A DNA stretch of 51,670 nt, filler included, from Sphacelaria rigidula (GCA_964200075.2; 4 parts of 4 records of this genome joined end to end with filler, not necessarily neighbours in it); one strand, 5' to 3'; positions 26,150 to 39,523 are shown, numbered from the whole stretch's first letter. Made by a program: numbers and translations. The notes: a model not told the origin generated them from the sequence alone.

Positions 26150-27204
26150 AGAGGAAGTAGCGCGTTTGGTTCAGGCTCTGGTGCTGAGCGTTGGCGGCAG
26201 CACTCACGAGACGTATGGAGCGCGTTTTGAAGTGTGGGAAAAGATGCGCAATGCACAGGGAAAATCACCATGGATGACTGAGAACGATGACCCGGATGAC
26301 GTGATCAATGCACTGACCGATTTCATGGCTATGCGATGTTTCGTACACGACAACCAACACTCCACCTTAACAGGTTACCTCGCCGCCATCAAGTATTTTC
26401 ACAAAGCATATGTCGGATGGGACTTACCTACAACGCACGGCGGGATTCGGGCGGTAGGAAAAGGGATTGACAAGGGCACACGGGTTGACTCAAGGGAAAC
26501 ACATCAGGCTGCCATCGACTTCGGCATTGCGAAAACAAGGGCGACAGACATTCATCGAAGACCCGGACGGGGGTCATGTCATGTGGTTTGGTCTCGCGCT
26601 CTTGTATTTTTTTCTGCGCAGGACATCCGAGTTGTGGGCGTACCCCGACGGTACCGTCCATCCAGAATTCTGCTTAATCCGCAATTGCATCAGCCTTTTT
26701 CCGGGGAGGCTTACAGTTAGATTTTGCGAACCGCGCGTTTGCGAACCAAGTGGAGATTCGTTTTGTCGCCTCCAAAATCCGACCAAAAAAAGACAGGTTG
26801 CATCATTACGAGAACGAGGACAGTTGACTTGGTTCGATCGGGCGGATCACCGGCGGGCGCGTTCGAGGTGCTGTTGGAATTGTTGGACGTGCACCCACGA
26901 CTGCCAGGCAACGCACCTCTGACCACGAGAGCCACGCCGACGGGATGGAAGGCATTTATTCGAATTAAAGGCAGTAACCGCGTTAAGAACCATGGTCGGC
27001 CGTGCGGGTAGATATTCATCTCAATACGCTTTACATGGGGGCAGGATAGGTGGGGCCACGCAACTAGCGGCTCGAGGACTCCCCGAACTGCAGATCCAAC
27101 GAGCAGGACGGTGGAAGTCGAGGGCGTTCATGCTATACATCAGGGAGGCGGGGGAGGGCGCAGAGGGCGTCTCCGCCGCGCTAGGGGAGCAGAGAGTAGG
27201 GTAG
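26150..27204 (+). pseudogene. Tyrosine recombinase of a DIRS/Ngaro-type YR retrotransposon (or Crypton), frameshifted
   Basis: SAM-like N-domain (STHETY...STLTGYLAAIKYFH), YFFLRRTSE (catalytic R), SKSDQ (K), YALHGGRIGGATQLAARG..IQRAGRWKSRAFMLYIR (HxxR, W, Y). Split over four overlapping ORFs. Confidence 0.9.
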
Positions 27205-27514
27205 CCAGATGTTGAAGGATGGGACCTAACAAGATACTCGACTGTCGATCAGGCTTGCCTGATGGGGGAGAGGTGGATAGCTCCGCAGGGGATAGCAATA
27301 ACATAATCGTCAGCGTCGATTTTCGGGTTAGCCTGATTAATAGTATGTAGTGGTTGATGAGTTGATGGGGACAAAAATGCACCGAGTGCATACCGCAGTG
27401 AGTTTGATTTGTGTCGGTTGCGGGTACTTTAATTTGTGGTACTTCTAGTGGGACAATGCCGTACGCAGAAACGGGCCAACACATGATACCAGAATTCTCG
27501 AGCTGAAGTAAAAC

Positions 27515-27670
27515 AATGTTTTCGTGATATTGAGAGTCTAGGATACGATTGAGAGTGAAAAGCGGTCAATTGATGAATGAAAATGTTTCAGTTCCGAAGT
27601 GCCCATCTGGGCCTTCTATGTGAGGCCCGACACACTTTCTGTACTAGCTTGCCACTGAAACCTTTGCTAT
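27515..27670 (+). repeat. Interspersed repeat, second copy at ~28875-29020
   Basis: Shared GATTGA.AGTGA.AAGCGGTCAATTGATG.ATGAAAATGTTTCAGTTCCGAA...CACTTTCTGTA.TAGCTTGCCA.TGAA. Confidence 0.8.
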
Positions 27671-29049
27671 ATAGTACATCCCTGAGCAGGGTATTGACGT
27701 GCAGCTGCAAGCACACGACAGTGTTACAAAGAAAAAAAGCACACACAAAATGCAAAACTGGTTGGTTGATTAGAGCGAACAACGAAACTTGCTATCAGCA
27801 AGACTGAATCTCACGAAAACACTGTGGTGGCTGGGTGGGTTTTGCAGAGAATGACCAAGATGATACAGGAATTACGGGAAACGTTTTTTTTTTTTCCATT
27901 TTCGAGACAGAGTGGAAGGAATAATAGCCGGTAACGGTGCACGTTTCTCTCTGAATATGTTTTTAGAGCCATGTTTTCAGCGTCGTCAGCGGAACGAAAA
28001 ATAATCACGCCCATCTTCACCACCATGATCACAGTCAGTTCGAAATGAATATACCCCAACAAGCAAAGTGGGACATCCATCACAACTGTCGCGCTCATCA
28101 AAATGGGCCATTCACGAAGTAGAAACGCTTGGCATCGCAGTCAGAAGACCTCCCTGACGCTGCCACGGTATCAGCATTCGCTCGGTTGTGTTGCGTCAAA
28201 ATTCAGATGCTCGGCGGGTACACGACGTTGCCTTGGGTGAAGTTCCTCACTCTTGCCAGCTTCAGCTAGGAGAAGACGGTGTGAACGATTCGTAGTCTAC
28301 ATACAGCGCAAAAGCAGTACTGCACTTGACTGCACTGTCATTCCGTTAGGGATGATGGCGTCTTGCACCACCGTTATGGGTGGCATGTTGGAAAATCTTC
28401 ATGATACGGCCTTGTCTGTTGTTTGAAAGTGCCGCGTACTGCACGACTGTACAACTGTCTGTACGGTATCGCTGTAGTTCACCGTACCGCAATGCACTGC
28501 TGTAGGGTTTTGCATTGCACTGTCTTTAGTACTGCACAGCGCTATGGCACTACAGCACTACAGTGCCCTGTAGTGCGCCGTAGGGGATTGAAGTTCTGCA
28601 GGTGCAGTGAAGCGTAGTGTACGGTACGTACGGTGCCGTAGGGTACGGTGCAGTCAGTGTTATGCCGACCTACGCATTTTCAAAGTGTACGCTGGCCGAT
28701 CGCGCATTTGGCGGGGTAACCTGCGGCTATTCCCTGCGACAAAAACAAATCACGTCACGCCAGGTCACATCAGCTTCCGCCATGAACTTTTTAGTGTCCA
28801 CTCCGACGTGTCGAAGCTTCCCCTCTGGACTCTGACTCTATGATGAGAACCAACATTTTCCGAAACTCTCTGATATGTTGGTTTGGTGAGATTGAGAGTC
28901 CATGATACGATTGACAGTGACAAGCGGTCAATTGATGGATGAAAATGTTTCAGTTCCGAAATGCTCCTCCACGACGCCTGACACTTTCTGTAGTAGCTTG
29001 CCAATGAAGCCTTCGATATGTCTGAGGTACGCTATTGATGAGATAAGCG

Positions 29050-29670
29050 GTTGCGGGTAAGGTTTTCTGCGCAACCTCCACACCCTTCCCGACAGTTTCT
29101 GTGAGTTCTGTAAGCCTCCCATACCCTCACCTGACAGTTCTGTGAGTTCTGTGCAGAATGATTACCCGTACCCGAAGCGCGGGCATGATCTTGAAGAAAT
29201 AACCGATTGCCGGTACGGGGTTCTGTAAGTCTCCCATACCGTACCCGACTAGGGCTGTAATTTCTGTACGACTTTAAAACCGGCACGCGACAGTGATGTA
29301 ATTTCTGTACCACGATTAAACCGGTACGCGACAGTGGTGTAATTTCTGTCAGGCCGCTTCTCATAGACTGAAAAAAAGTCCTCTAAGAACTGCCCTTTTG
29401 AACCTTTCATGACGGATTATTGGCGAAATACGGGCCTTGGTGGATTTGGCCTCCTCGGAAAGATTCGCTACATGTTTCACGAGGATTCTAGCGAACTTTT
29501 CCGATTGTTTGTACGACCAGATTTACTTTTGACCGGATCCTGATTTTTTCAGTCATCCGAAAAAACTTCGAGTTGTCAGGGAAAATATGTCGGTTCCCGA
29601 TACCCGATATTTTCGTAAGTTCTGTGAGGAATCTCATACCCGGTGGAACATACCCATACCCTACAGCACA
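29050..29670. repeat. Interspersed repeat with internal TTCTGTGAGTTCTGT / CCCATACCC / TACCCG subrepeats
   Basis: Recurrent ACAGTTCTGTGAGTTCTGT, CTCCCATACC and CGACAGTG.TGTAATTTCTGT motifs; no ORF with a recognisable domain. Confidence 0.6.
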
Positions 29671-30083
29671 CAGCCTTGCATGATACATTCAAATCTCATT
29701 CAAAGCAGTGAGCGATTCAAGAACCATTCATCTGTAATATGCAGTAGCATTCTCCGTGAGGAGAGGAGGATGCAATTAAGCCAAGACTGGCAGCACGCGG
29801 GGATAAGGTAAGCTATATCAAGAAAAAAAAGCAGCCTTCCTTTTTTTCTGCGAGAGGTATGGGCGTTCTCGTAAAAAAATGGTCGTTACCATACTAGAAC
29901 GTCGTAGAGCAGTTAAAGAAAAGAAAACTGATCCACTTTTTTGGGTTCATGGTCATTATGCCCTAGCGAGGTCCTACACAAAATTTCAATACAAAACAAT
30001 CAAACGTGGGTTGGTGAGTGGCCTGCAAAAAACTGTTCCGCATTATACCCATCCGGATTTTACTCGGCCCATCCACATTTTAA

Positions 30084-30315
30084 TACTTGGAGCTGGACAC
30101 TAGAATTTGGCATAGAAAATCAATGGAGCATGAAAAAAAAAAGTCATGTGTGGACCGAAGGAGTGTTTTCTTTCATGATTTAACGGCATTTTACTGAAAC
30201 CTAAAAACTGATGATTGCCTTCAACTCTTGGAAAAAAACTCTTTCGGTCCATACACAATTTTTGTTTTATGCCCTGTTGATTGTTTGTACCAAATTTTAG
30301 GGTCCAACTCCAAGT
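30084..30315. repeat. ~88-bp-arm imperfect inverted repeat, related to 18255-18385
   Basis: ACTTGGAGCTGGACACTAGAATTTGG...GGACCGAAGGAG pairs with CTCTTTCGGTCC...CCAAATTTTAGGGTCCAACTCCAAGT. A similar sequence (TTGGAGTTGGACCCT...GGCATTTTACTGA.ACCTAAAA) occurs in contig 2. Confidence 0.7.
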
Positions 30316-30510
30316 GTCAAATTGCGAACGGATGCGCAAACTCCGAATCCGCTTCTCGGCTGACTCAGCTCGTACCACGGGTACTGTCTGTACGAGTACT
30401 TGTACTGCTGTCAGGTGCAGGCCACAATTCTACCTTCATTTTGTTCCTAATAATGTAATACACGCGGCCATTCGGCTACCCTCGTTAACTCCCTCTATCG
30501 CAATTTTCGT

Positions 30511-30604
30511 CCTCTCGAGGGTGAAATACCCTCTCGAGGGTGAAATACCCTCTCGAGGGTGAAATACCCTCTCGAGGGTGAAATACCCTCTCGAGGGTAT
30601 TTCA
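30511..30604. repeat. 19-bp minisatellite (CCTCTCGAGGGTGAAATAC) x4.6
   Basis: Four perfect units plus a partial unit ending in the palindrome GAAATACCCTC-TC-GAGGGTATTTC. Confidence 0.95.
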
Positions 30605-31154
30605 TCCCCAGGTGCGGTCATAAACGATTCCTCTGGAGGGCATCTGATGCCCCAGTGACTTCTGAAGTCTGAATCCCCCGAGAGTAACAAAAAAGATGGT
30701 GCTCTGGAGGCGTTTGATTCCTCTGGAGGCTCGTAAAGTTGACCGGAACAGAGTATTTTGGGGGGTAGCCGAATTGCCGCGTTTGAAGCATCTTTGTAAC
30801 AAACTCACCATACTAAAATTGGTACAAAAATAGCCGGTAACGACAAACTTCAAATAAGCCGGATAAACTGGAGTCCTCATCACCAGTTCCAGTTAAACTC
30901 CGGTTCCAGTTTAATCCCCAGTACAAACTGGTCCAGTTCACAGTTATACTTTTCTTGTTATTTCAGGAAACAAATATCTCAGGATCAGAGTGCAGAATAA
31001 AAAAAACACATCATCGAAAAAAATTCAAGGGGATACCACATTTGACGGTGGCGGAACTCATTTTTCGCTACACTCTGATCCTGAGATATTTGCGCTCTGA
31101 AATGACAAAAAAGCGTTTTTCTAAACTCTCTGATATCCCGTCCTACATATATTT

Positions 31155-31310
31155 CACACCGTGGACAATATTTGGTCAGTAGATGGAATAGACAAGAAAA
31201 ATACTGGGTAAAGTATAAGCCTATTGCAACCATTGACACAATAGGTCCATACTTTACCTAGTACATTTTTCGTCTATTGCTCCTATTGACCACATATTGT
31301 CCAGGGTGTG
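31155..31310. mobile_element. Palindromic MITE-like element
   Basis: CACACCGTGGACAATAT...TAAAGTAT..CCTATTG pairs with CAATAGG..ATACTTTA...ATATTGTCCAGGGTGTG. Confidence 0.75.
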
Positions 31311-34300
31311 ATATAATTATGGTTGTTGCCACCATCAGTCGCTGAAGGGTCAACTTTGACCGCCACCATCCTGTCAAATTCGCTAATATTTCGTACACAA
31401 AGGAATTAGGATAAAATTGTCAAGATGCAACACCACGTCTCCAATACTTGCGCGAACCAGTGGATACTGCGAACTTGCACGGAAATTTCTGACAGCTCCC
31501 GAGAACCTCCATCGGTGAAGTGATTTACGTGTGTGCTCATATGTGCTTTGTAGTACAGGTGGTGCTGTACTCTCACCACCAACACGCACTGCTGGGATTT
31601 GCCAATAGCATCCATCGATCCATCCATTGCCTTTAACCTTTGTCGTCCCCGTCTTGGTATTTTCAAAGTACCGAGCAGGTATATTTTTTTTCGGCTTGAA
31701 ATACTCTTGTATACAGACAGTAGTAGGTAGAGTTCCAAACGTTTCGCACAAATTGCGCCGCGCTGTACTATGCGGAGGGCGTCGTCGGCACTGTTGCTGG
31801 ATACGAGTATTGTGTTTTGCTGTCTGCATGCCCGTTGTTTGATTTCCGTTTAATTCCCCCTTCGATGGCTAAAGTAAACTGTGCTGTGTTACCACTGCGC
31901 CCCGATGGTCTATTTAGTATAAGTCAAACCAGTGAGAAGGGCGAAATATCTCGGGTGCGATGTGGGTTCGGGGTTCAATGTCCGTCCAGAAAGGTGTTGT
32001 GGTTTCCCTTGTTGAAAGCATCATGACCTGAGTACTGACTGCAGGGGAGATCATGTACTCGACGAGAATAGACGCCAGATCGACGCGGAGCGGCGGTAGT
32101 ACTGATTCGATATGCGACACCGAACGTAAGATGTGTGCAGAACCGGGGAGGATACGGGGTGATCCCTCATGATCATGGACTCGCTCCGACGAAGGGGAGG
32201 CGTACACCCCAACTCTGAAAACTCTAGGCTGGACTCTCACTCTAACAATTACACCCTATAATATTCTCGACAGAGGGAGAAATTGAAGGTACGGAGAGTA
32301 GTCACAGTATGTCGCGAAAAAAAGGCCGCAGCCGTCGCTTCTCAACTGCAGACGACAGTACAACGGTAGGTAGTCTACGCTGTTTCTGTTCGCAGGCGAT
32401 CGGTGCCACGGTGTGCTCGATGCGCTCGCTCTCCTCATACTTTTGAGTGATTGATCGATTGCTTGTCGCACTCTAACTTATACTGGAGGAGGCTTTCCGT
32501 TTCGAGGACGAGCTGGGCCAGCAGTAAATCCCGCATTCGCTTTCCACACCACAACTTCTCAACTCAGTGTTTTTTCTTTTCAATAATATGAAGACGGTGT
32601 ATTTCAAGGTTAGACGTCAAGAAAATCCACACTTCACTTGTGAAGACGCCGAGACTTGGAGGGTGTGTTGATTGGTACTAGAGCGAGGTGTCGGAGCCGC
32701 AGCCGTGGCTACACAAGGCGCTGAGGGCTCGGTCTGCATTAACACGGTGGATACCATTCTCATCAAATTCTATTTTTTTTCATTCTGATGACGATTACAG
32801 TAGGTACAATTTTTCGGTCAGGCTCGCAGACCGCAACGGATCCTTCCGGCTTCATCGGTAAATTTCGCCCAGTTAGGGATAAACGCTCGCAGAAAACCAG
32901 AAAAGAATCAACATCTAGGCCCTACCATACATCTGAGGGTCTAGGCTGAACGTTTGCCGGGTCGAAAAGCTCGACACGTCAAGGTCAAGCTTCTCTCACG
33001 CGACCGCTGCGTTCGGCCATGAACCCTTCTCCACGTACCCGACAAGTGGGCAACATCCCCGTACAGACAGTAGCAATGCTAGCGGATTCAAGATCCTGAC
33101 ACTCTCGCAGCCGGCAAGGTGGTTATTGCGGTGTCTTTCTGGCAATATCAACTTACAGTGCACCGGGGCAGGGTTTGCAGGTGAATATTTTGGCGATTGC
33201 CCCACCTGCAGTTCGCCCAGTTGTTGCGGATTTTTTCACGATCTCACAGACTGGAATTATATGTGGAAATATACCAGACCACGAACAAAGAGAATTGAAG
33301 GATTCTACAGTCAGTACGAACACAATGTGAAAAGTGTACTGTGTACAGTATAAAATATGTTGCCGTAATTCCTGTAATTTGTGTAATACTCCTACTCGTT
33401 CTTGAAGCCTGCAACGCTACACTTCGAGACAACAGTGTGTAAAAATCTCCAGGGTGTGAAATGATACAGGCTGCTTTTGCGCCATAGCGGCTGTGTTACC
33501 ATACAGCTTCGCCCAAAATACAGGCAGCCATTACAGCAGCGGAGGCTGCCTTTCGCTCCGGCGTGCGCGCCTTGGGGCAAACGCACGCTGCAGCTGCAAC
33601 ACGGAGAGCTTAACGGAATGTGCGGTAGCGATATAGCGCGTAGCGAGGGGTGATATCCCGCCTACACGTTGGTCGCAGATCCAAGCGATTGCGCTCATGA
33701 TGTGGCGAACTGCATAGGGCAGCGCGAAATCAATGCAGCACAGGGATAGGATGTGATGTCCTGTGGCGTGCTTTGTCACCCTGCACCTTGCTGCTGTGCA
33801 GTGAGCACGTAGTACCGGCCAAGGCGTCACGCTGCGGTAGGTACGCAGTGTCGAAAACAGCACCAAACGCATATTCATGGTACAAGGATATGTGTTTCAA
33901 CACAGATGCGCATAGAGTGGGGCCTGCGTCTAGAGAAACCTGCACCAACTTCGGCCTGTTCTAGCGGATACCGACATCCTTTCAGCAAAAACCGCTTGCG
34001 ACATGTGCTGTAACGTATCTCGTGCGTCATGCAGCTTTCTCCCATGTGGAGCATCGCCGGTGAAGCGAGCTGTTGAAGCTGACAGTGCCTAGCCCTCTTC
34101 CCACGATGACCTCCTGTCTGAGCTCGAGATAATTGAAACTGCGGAACGTGACTTCATCTTAGAACGTACACGTCAACGTGACAAAAGCTTCCATATTATT
34201 GAAAAGTAATAACACTGAAGTTTTCCCAATCTGCGCGACTTGAGCATATCGCTGTGAACTGCAGACCAACCTGGTAACAGACGGCACCGCCGCTGAATGA

Positions 34301-34352
34301 ACAAAAATATGAAAAAAAATGTGCTGAATAATGTGTAACCTTAACGACGGAC

Positions 34353-34420
34353 GAAAAAAAGAGGACCTGTCGGGATTCGAACTCATGACCTCAATGAGTC
34401 GAGTCTCCTTCATCACTTGG
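34353..34420 (-). pseudogene. Degenerate tRNA-like/SINE head
   Basis: Minus strand GAGGTCATGAGTTCGAATCCCGACAGGTCC (B-box) followed by T7; A-box and D-arm poorly preserved. Confidence 0.4.
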
Positions 34421-35312
34421 ATTCAAGGGGTGCGGCCGTGTCACACGAAAAGTGCGATGCGGCGCCCAAATTGTATTTTTTGCCGAAACTTCACCAGGAT
34501 GTCCCTAACGCGAGTGCCCACGACGTTGTTCAGGGTGCAGTCGTTTTATCAATTTTTAACGCAATTTTAGCATTTTTCTTGTTTATGCTGAAATTTAAAG
34601 TCGTTTCCCCCCTCCCCCAACCTCTGCACCTCCAATAGGGCTGCGGGTGTTGATAAAATTCGGGGCAAAAATTCAGCACCCGATGACTCTTGGAGTTACC
34701 AATCGCATCGCCACTCTTCATTGCAAAATCACTGTCAGCTGGCCCAGCTCGTTATGAATTTGAAATCAAGTCACTGAAACCTTCACCTTTTACACCAGAC
34801 AAACTGAACTCAAAAACGAATGCCTCGCAGCCTCAGAGGTGACGGGTTCACGGTTCAACCCCATCGGACATTCAAGTCCCCTGGCGAGATCGACCGCATG
34901 TGTACGGTGCATCAAAGGAAACATGTGAAAAACAGCTGCCTAGATTGAGTGAACACATCGTGCGTCATCATCAGGGGTTGCGCTTGCGAGCCGAGAAAAA
35001 CTCCACAGCGGAGCACCGGGGCTACCAACTTTGAAGATCCGTTGGTTATACTGTTCCGAAAAGAGGTCTAGCGTCGGCTAGAGCTATTTTGACCGACAGT
35101 CCCGCGGATGAATTCGGTGCGGCGTCAAGTCGGGGACGGGCGAGGAGGGATATGCGGAGACACTGAACAAGTAAAACTACGACTTCAAACACCGGCAGAT
35201 GACTACCCGAGTCTGGCCAGCACTTTCCGAATGAAGATGATGACGAGTCAACAGATGGCCTGTCTGAGCCTCTTATCTTTCCATGTCAACACAAAAAAGG
35301 ATGCTTGGTTAC

Positions 35313-36568
35313 CTGAGGTGTCATTTGTGGTCTTATTGGGGCGTCTCGGGTCGAAATGGGGTAAACCAGTGGAGCAGTCTAAGCAGTTGAATCACAAGTC
35401 TGATACTGATCTTTCGAGTGCAGGTAATACCGATTCGACGGACCGGCCGCATTCATCGTGCGCAAAAACGTGTCAAAGATAGCAAGTAAATCCACAATTG
35501 CCCGCCGACATAGCCCACCACGACCGCCGTGTCGTAGTATATTGCCCCTGTCCAGTACCGCTGCAAGGAATGAAACTTGCTGCTGGTGCCTCTACTTGCA
35601 CTTTCCATCGGACCGTATGTTACCGCGACCAAAAAAAGACGTGTGAAAGGTTCAAGTGTTCAAAATCAGCACGTTGAACAGTCAACGCAACCGTAGACCC
35701 GCCCGGCGACCCACCAACACGCTGCTTTGGACGCTTATTTCCTTTCACGCTTCTTGTTTTGGCCTCGATAAGTCACGGCCTTGTATACATTTTGCCTTCG
35801 TACATGTACGTCCAAGCAAAGAACACCTTTCTGTCACTTGCGAGCGGCAACAACTAGGGAATAAAGAGTACAGTACTGTAACAGACAGTTTACAGACAGT
35901 ACAACGACACCATAGACAAGAGAAGTGGGGTACGCAAACGTGTATGAACGCTAATGTTGAACAGTCAGTACTACACGCAGTCCGGTATAGTCTGGTACGA
36001 TACAATAGTGCACATAATCTTGAACAGAACGAGACGCAGTCCGGTGCCGTCTGGTATGATTTTACAAGTTCAGTATCGACAGCAGTACTTGCAGTCGACA
36101 TATACACAGGACGAAACCGTGGCTATCAGACTTCACGCTTCCAGCCAAAAATTACTCCAAAAATGGGGAAGCAGCCGACTGCTGAATGCCCTGTGCGGCT
36201 GTATTGGAGACAATCTCCTCGAGACCTTTCCAAGCAGGACATACTCGATATTATATGGCCTCGGTTCTGACTAAAATTATTGGCCCTTTGAGTGCATAAG
36301 CGTGTTCATCTGTTGCATCGGCATCACTTTTACTCGAGTGTAAGACTCACGTCTCCATCTGGAGGTGCTGAAAGGGTCGAGGGTTTAAAGACGGAGCACC
36401 AGGGGGTGTTGTATCCCGTCACGTACGGTGACGAAACGGGCTGAAATCTAAACGAGCCTTACCTGCTGTGCTGCGCGCTGGCCTCTTGGGAAGATGCAAG
36501 ACACCAAAGCAGTCGCCGCCCAGGTTGATCCGCTCACAGGAAATGGTAGACAAGACGGCGTCTCTTTC
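35313..36568 (-). CDS. Two candidate phase-compatible exons (36463-36568, 35313-35378) of an unknown transcript
   Basis: TAG acceptors and CAG|GTAAGG, CAG|GTAACC donors; open joined frame ERDAVLSTISCERINLGG...-DCSTGLPHFDPRRPNKTTNDTS. No domain recognised. Confidence 0.25.
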
Positions 36569-38654
36569 CTATATACTCGTGAGTCCCGAAGTTGCATGCA
36601 TATATATGTTCACAGGTGACCGCTGATGTATTTTTACTTTTATACATATGTATCATGTCTCCGACCCGCAAAACAAAAAATATATCATTATTGTTCCTAA
36701 GTTGACTCTCAGTCGTTGGTTATTACCGGCCGGATTTGTTTGCTGTAGTATATCGATTCCGCGACCAGTTTTCCAGACGTGACATCTTCAGCAGGCTATT
36801 CGCAGATTCTACCCTCACGCGTCTCATCATTTTTTCATATTATGATAATACATTAAATGAAAAATACAGTGGGAAAATACTTACAACACCATTCACCAAC
36901 CAAGTCAAATCCGAGCAAATAATGCATGTGTGCATTGTTTAAGCTCACGACTTCGTGCGCTGGCAGATAGGCGGACACCACCAGTGCGTGGTGTTGATCA
37001 ATCAAGTGAACATGATGCCGATGCAACGGACAAGAGGGCATTCCTGGCAGACCAAAGGGTTGGTGAATACGCTGCTACACAGCATTATTTACCTCGGTTT
37101 CTTGCGCAAATCGCTTGCTCATGGGTTTGCTGATGTTACCGAGTATAAACCCGCCCTTCCCTGCCTTTGCTTTCTTACGGATGCGTGGTGAACCCTTCGA
37201 GCACCGCCCTAATGTTGTTGAATCGGCATCATCATGCGATCAACTTGAAATTCGAATCCTCACCATCGGCAGGCGCCCGAAGAGGTGATCATCCATATAG
37301 CTGAATCGGCATCATATTATTCACTTGATTAAATAACGGATGGCGGGCGGCATCATACAGACTGGCCACGCTTTGAAACCAAAATTCAACACAGCAAAAA
37401 TATTTTCCGCAATACCCAATATCTGCAGTGGTATTGTACAGGGTAACATACTGTACTTGTACTCACGGCATGGACAACTGAACAGAGCGGAGTCATACAC
37501 ACCAGATTTTTGTACGGTCGTACAGCACATTGAACAAGAGAGTGGGTGATCTGGTGTCACAGTCATTCTCCAAGCAATAATAATGCCGATTCAACAGAGA
37601 TGACCCACCCCGTTTGTCAAGAGTTTGATCCTTATTATCAGATGGCGAGAGTAGGTCATCTCATCTGTTGAATCGGCATCAATTTAGCTTGAAAAATGGT
37701 TTTTTTTTTCAACGTTTCTCCGCTCTTTCAACGGATCCCGGGATCCCGGGGTGGTGACCTAAGGAAGCCGGTGCATAATGCCTCGGAACGCAGAGAAAAA
37801 ATTGCCTCCTGGGATACGAGTCGAAGGAGCATTTTCGTTTAAATAACGCAGTAGAGGTAGCTCAAGGCACCTGATGGGGAATACTCGCTGGTTCATGGGA
37901 TCTACGGCACGTAAAACAATGCCCATACTATCCGGAGAGAGACAATTTAATCCTCCTCTGTCATCCAAGCGTTTCAAAGTTGGAAAATAATCCAACCAAG
38001 TTGCAGGAGTAGCAGTGGAGTGTGGCTGCATTGACGTGAAAAATGTAGCCAAAATACCCTCTGTTTCTACTAACGCCTGTGGGACTGGACTCCCAGAAGC
38101 ATGTGTGTGGTTTGCACGCAGGGGCGTTTCTATGAATCGGCATTGTCTTCACTTGGAAATAAATGAAAATAGTGCCGATATTCACAAAAATACCCCTGCA
38201 TGCAAACGACATTGTTCTGGGGGTCCGGTCCCAAAGGGGTTCATCCTTAGGCAGCAAGGGTGGTCTACTACACGTTGGTTCACGCTTACTACCCAAAATT
38301 GTATCAGCAGATGCCTTTCGCAATACCAACCCAATAGTCGCATACATTATATCATCATACTGACCGCCATGGACAGCTGAAGCGCGTGACATAGCCGGAT
38401 TTGTGTGCAAGGCCCTAGTGGTGAGGGCGAAAGGGTATATCGACCAATCAGTGCCCGCCAAAATGTTCCGAGATCGAAATTACGAATTCCAAGCAATCTC
38501 CAAATGCGTAAAATCGTAGTAACCATCATCGGCTCGGGAATTATTGTTACTACGGGCGTCAATTATACCCGAAACAGTGATGTTTCGGTGATGTCGGGTG
38601 TTGGCGCGTCGTCTAATTTCCCCTCATGATACGCACGAAATACCCAGGGAGCCC

Positions 38655-38728
38655 ACGAGCTGGGCCAGCCTAAAAACGGATTTAAGCTCCAAAAGCAATA
38701 TCTCATCGACACAGACGAGTTGGGCCGT
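38655..38728 (-). repeat. Interspersed repeat shared with 18961-19035 (+)
   Basis: CCCAACT.GTCTGTGTCGA.GA...GAGCT.AAATCCGTTT.TAGG.TGGCCCAGCTCGT occurs in two different contigs. Confidence 0.8.
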
Positions 38729-38828
38729 NNNNNNNNNNNNNNNNNNNNNNNNNNNNNNNNNNNNNNNNNNNNTTAATTAATTAANNNNNNNNNNNNNNNN
38801 NNNNNNNNNNNNNNNNNNNNNNNNNNNN
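38729..38828. other. Artificial contig spacer
   Basis: N44-TTAATTAATTAA-N44. Confidence 0.98.
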
Positions 38829-39278
38829 AATCCAGATCTGGAAAATTCCTATCTGCTTCTGCACAAAAGCTCGATTCTTCTCGAACACAGAATCGAACAT
38901 TTTCGACAATCTCTGCAGTTTGAGTGTCATACGCTGGCAACAGCACAGTGTGCCGGATTTGGACAGTAAAGGCTGCTCGCAAGTCTTCTCTTTGCCCAAT
39001 TTCAAGTAAAATTGGGGATCAGAACGAGCACTTATTCCGAGAATCCTTTGCTGTACATCTCCCACATGCCAGTGTATGGAGTTTAACAGCAGGGGTTGTC
39101 CGGGGTTCATCCTCGTTTTTCCTCATTTGGAATTTCTCAAAAGAAATCTGAATTGGGCAAAACGAGGATATAGAAAAAGGACGATTCAAACCCTCGATTT
39201 TCCAAATTTGTCGTTTAAAAAATGAACAGAAATCCAAGTCGGGGAAAACGAGGATTTACTCTCTTCTTATTGCGTACG

Positions 39279-39350
39279 TCCATCATGAGACCACGGCTGG
39301 ACCCCTAGGGGGTCAGCTCAGGTGCGACAATCAAACAACCAATCAATCAA
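39279..39350 (+). mobile_element. 5'-truncated non-LTR retroelement 3' end with (CAAT)n-type tail
   Basis: ...GACCCCTAGGGGGTCAGCTCAGGTGCGACAATCAAACAACCAATCAATCAA; terminal motif shared with the SINE at 21075-21193. Confidence 0.55.
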
Positions 39351-39523
39351 CCCCGAACAACCCCCGCGCTGCACAATTTGCAAATGTGCTGTAGCAAGTA
39401 TGGGATTTCAGAAACATGCCCTCTGGAGGATTTCGATGTTGGCACATAAATATAAATGACCCCGTCATGATGTTCACTCACGCGACAAGCTGCTGTGTCA
39501 AGCAACTCTCCACTGCAACCTCG

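Noticed and set aside
30511-30604. Palindromic direct repeats as a CRISPR array
   Set aside because: Units abut with no spacers, no cas genes are present, and the context is eukaryotic.
37759-38629. Overlapping ORFs of 70-166 aa as a viral or transposase gene
   Set aside because: No recognisable motif in any frame.
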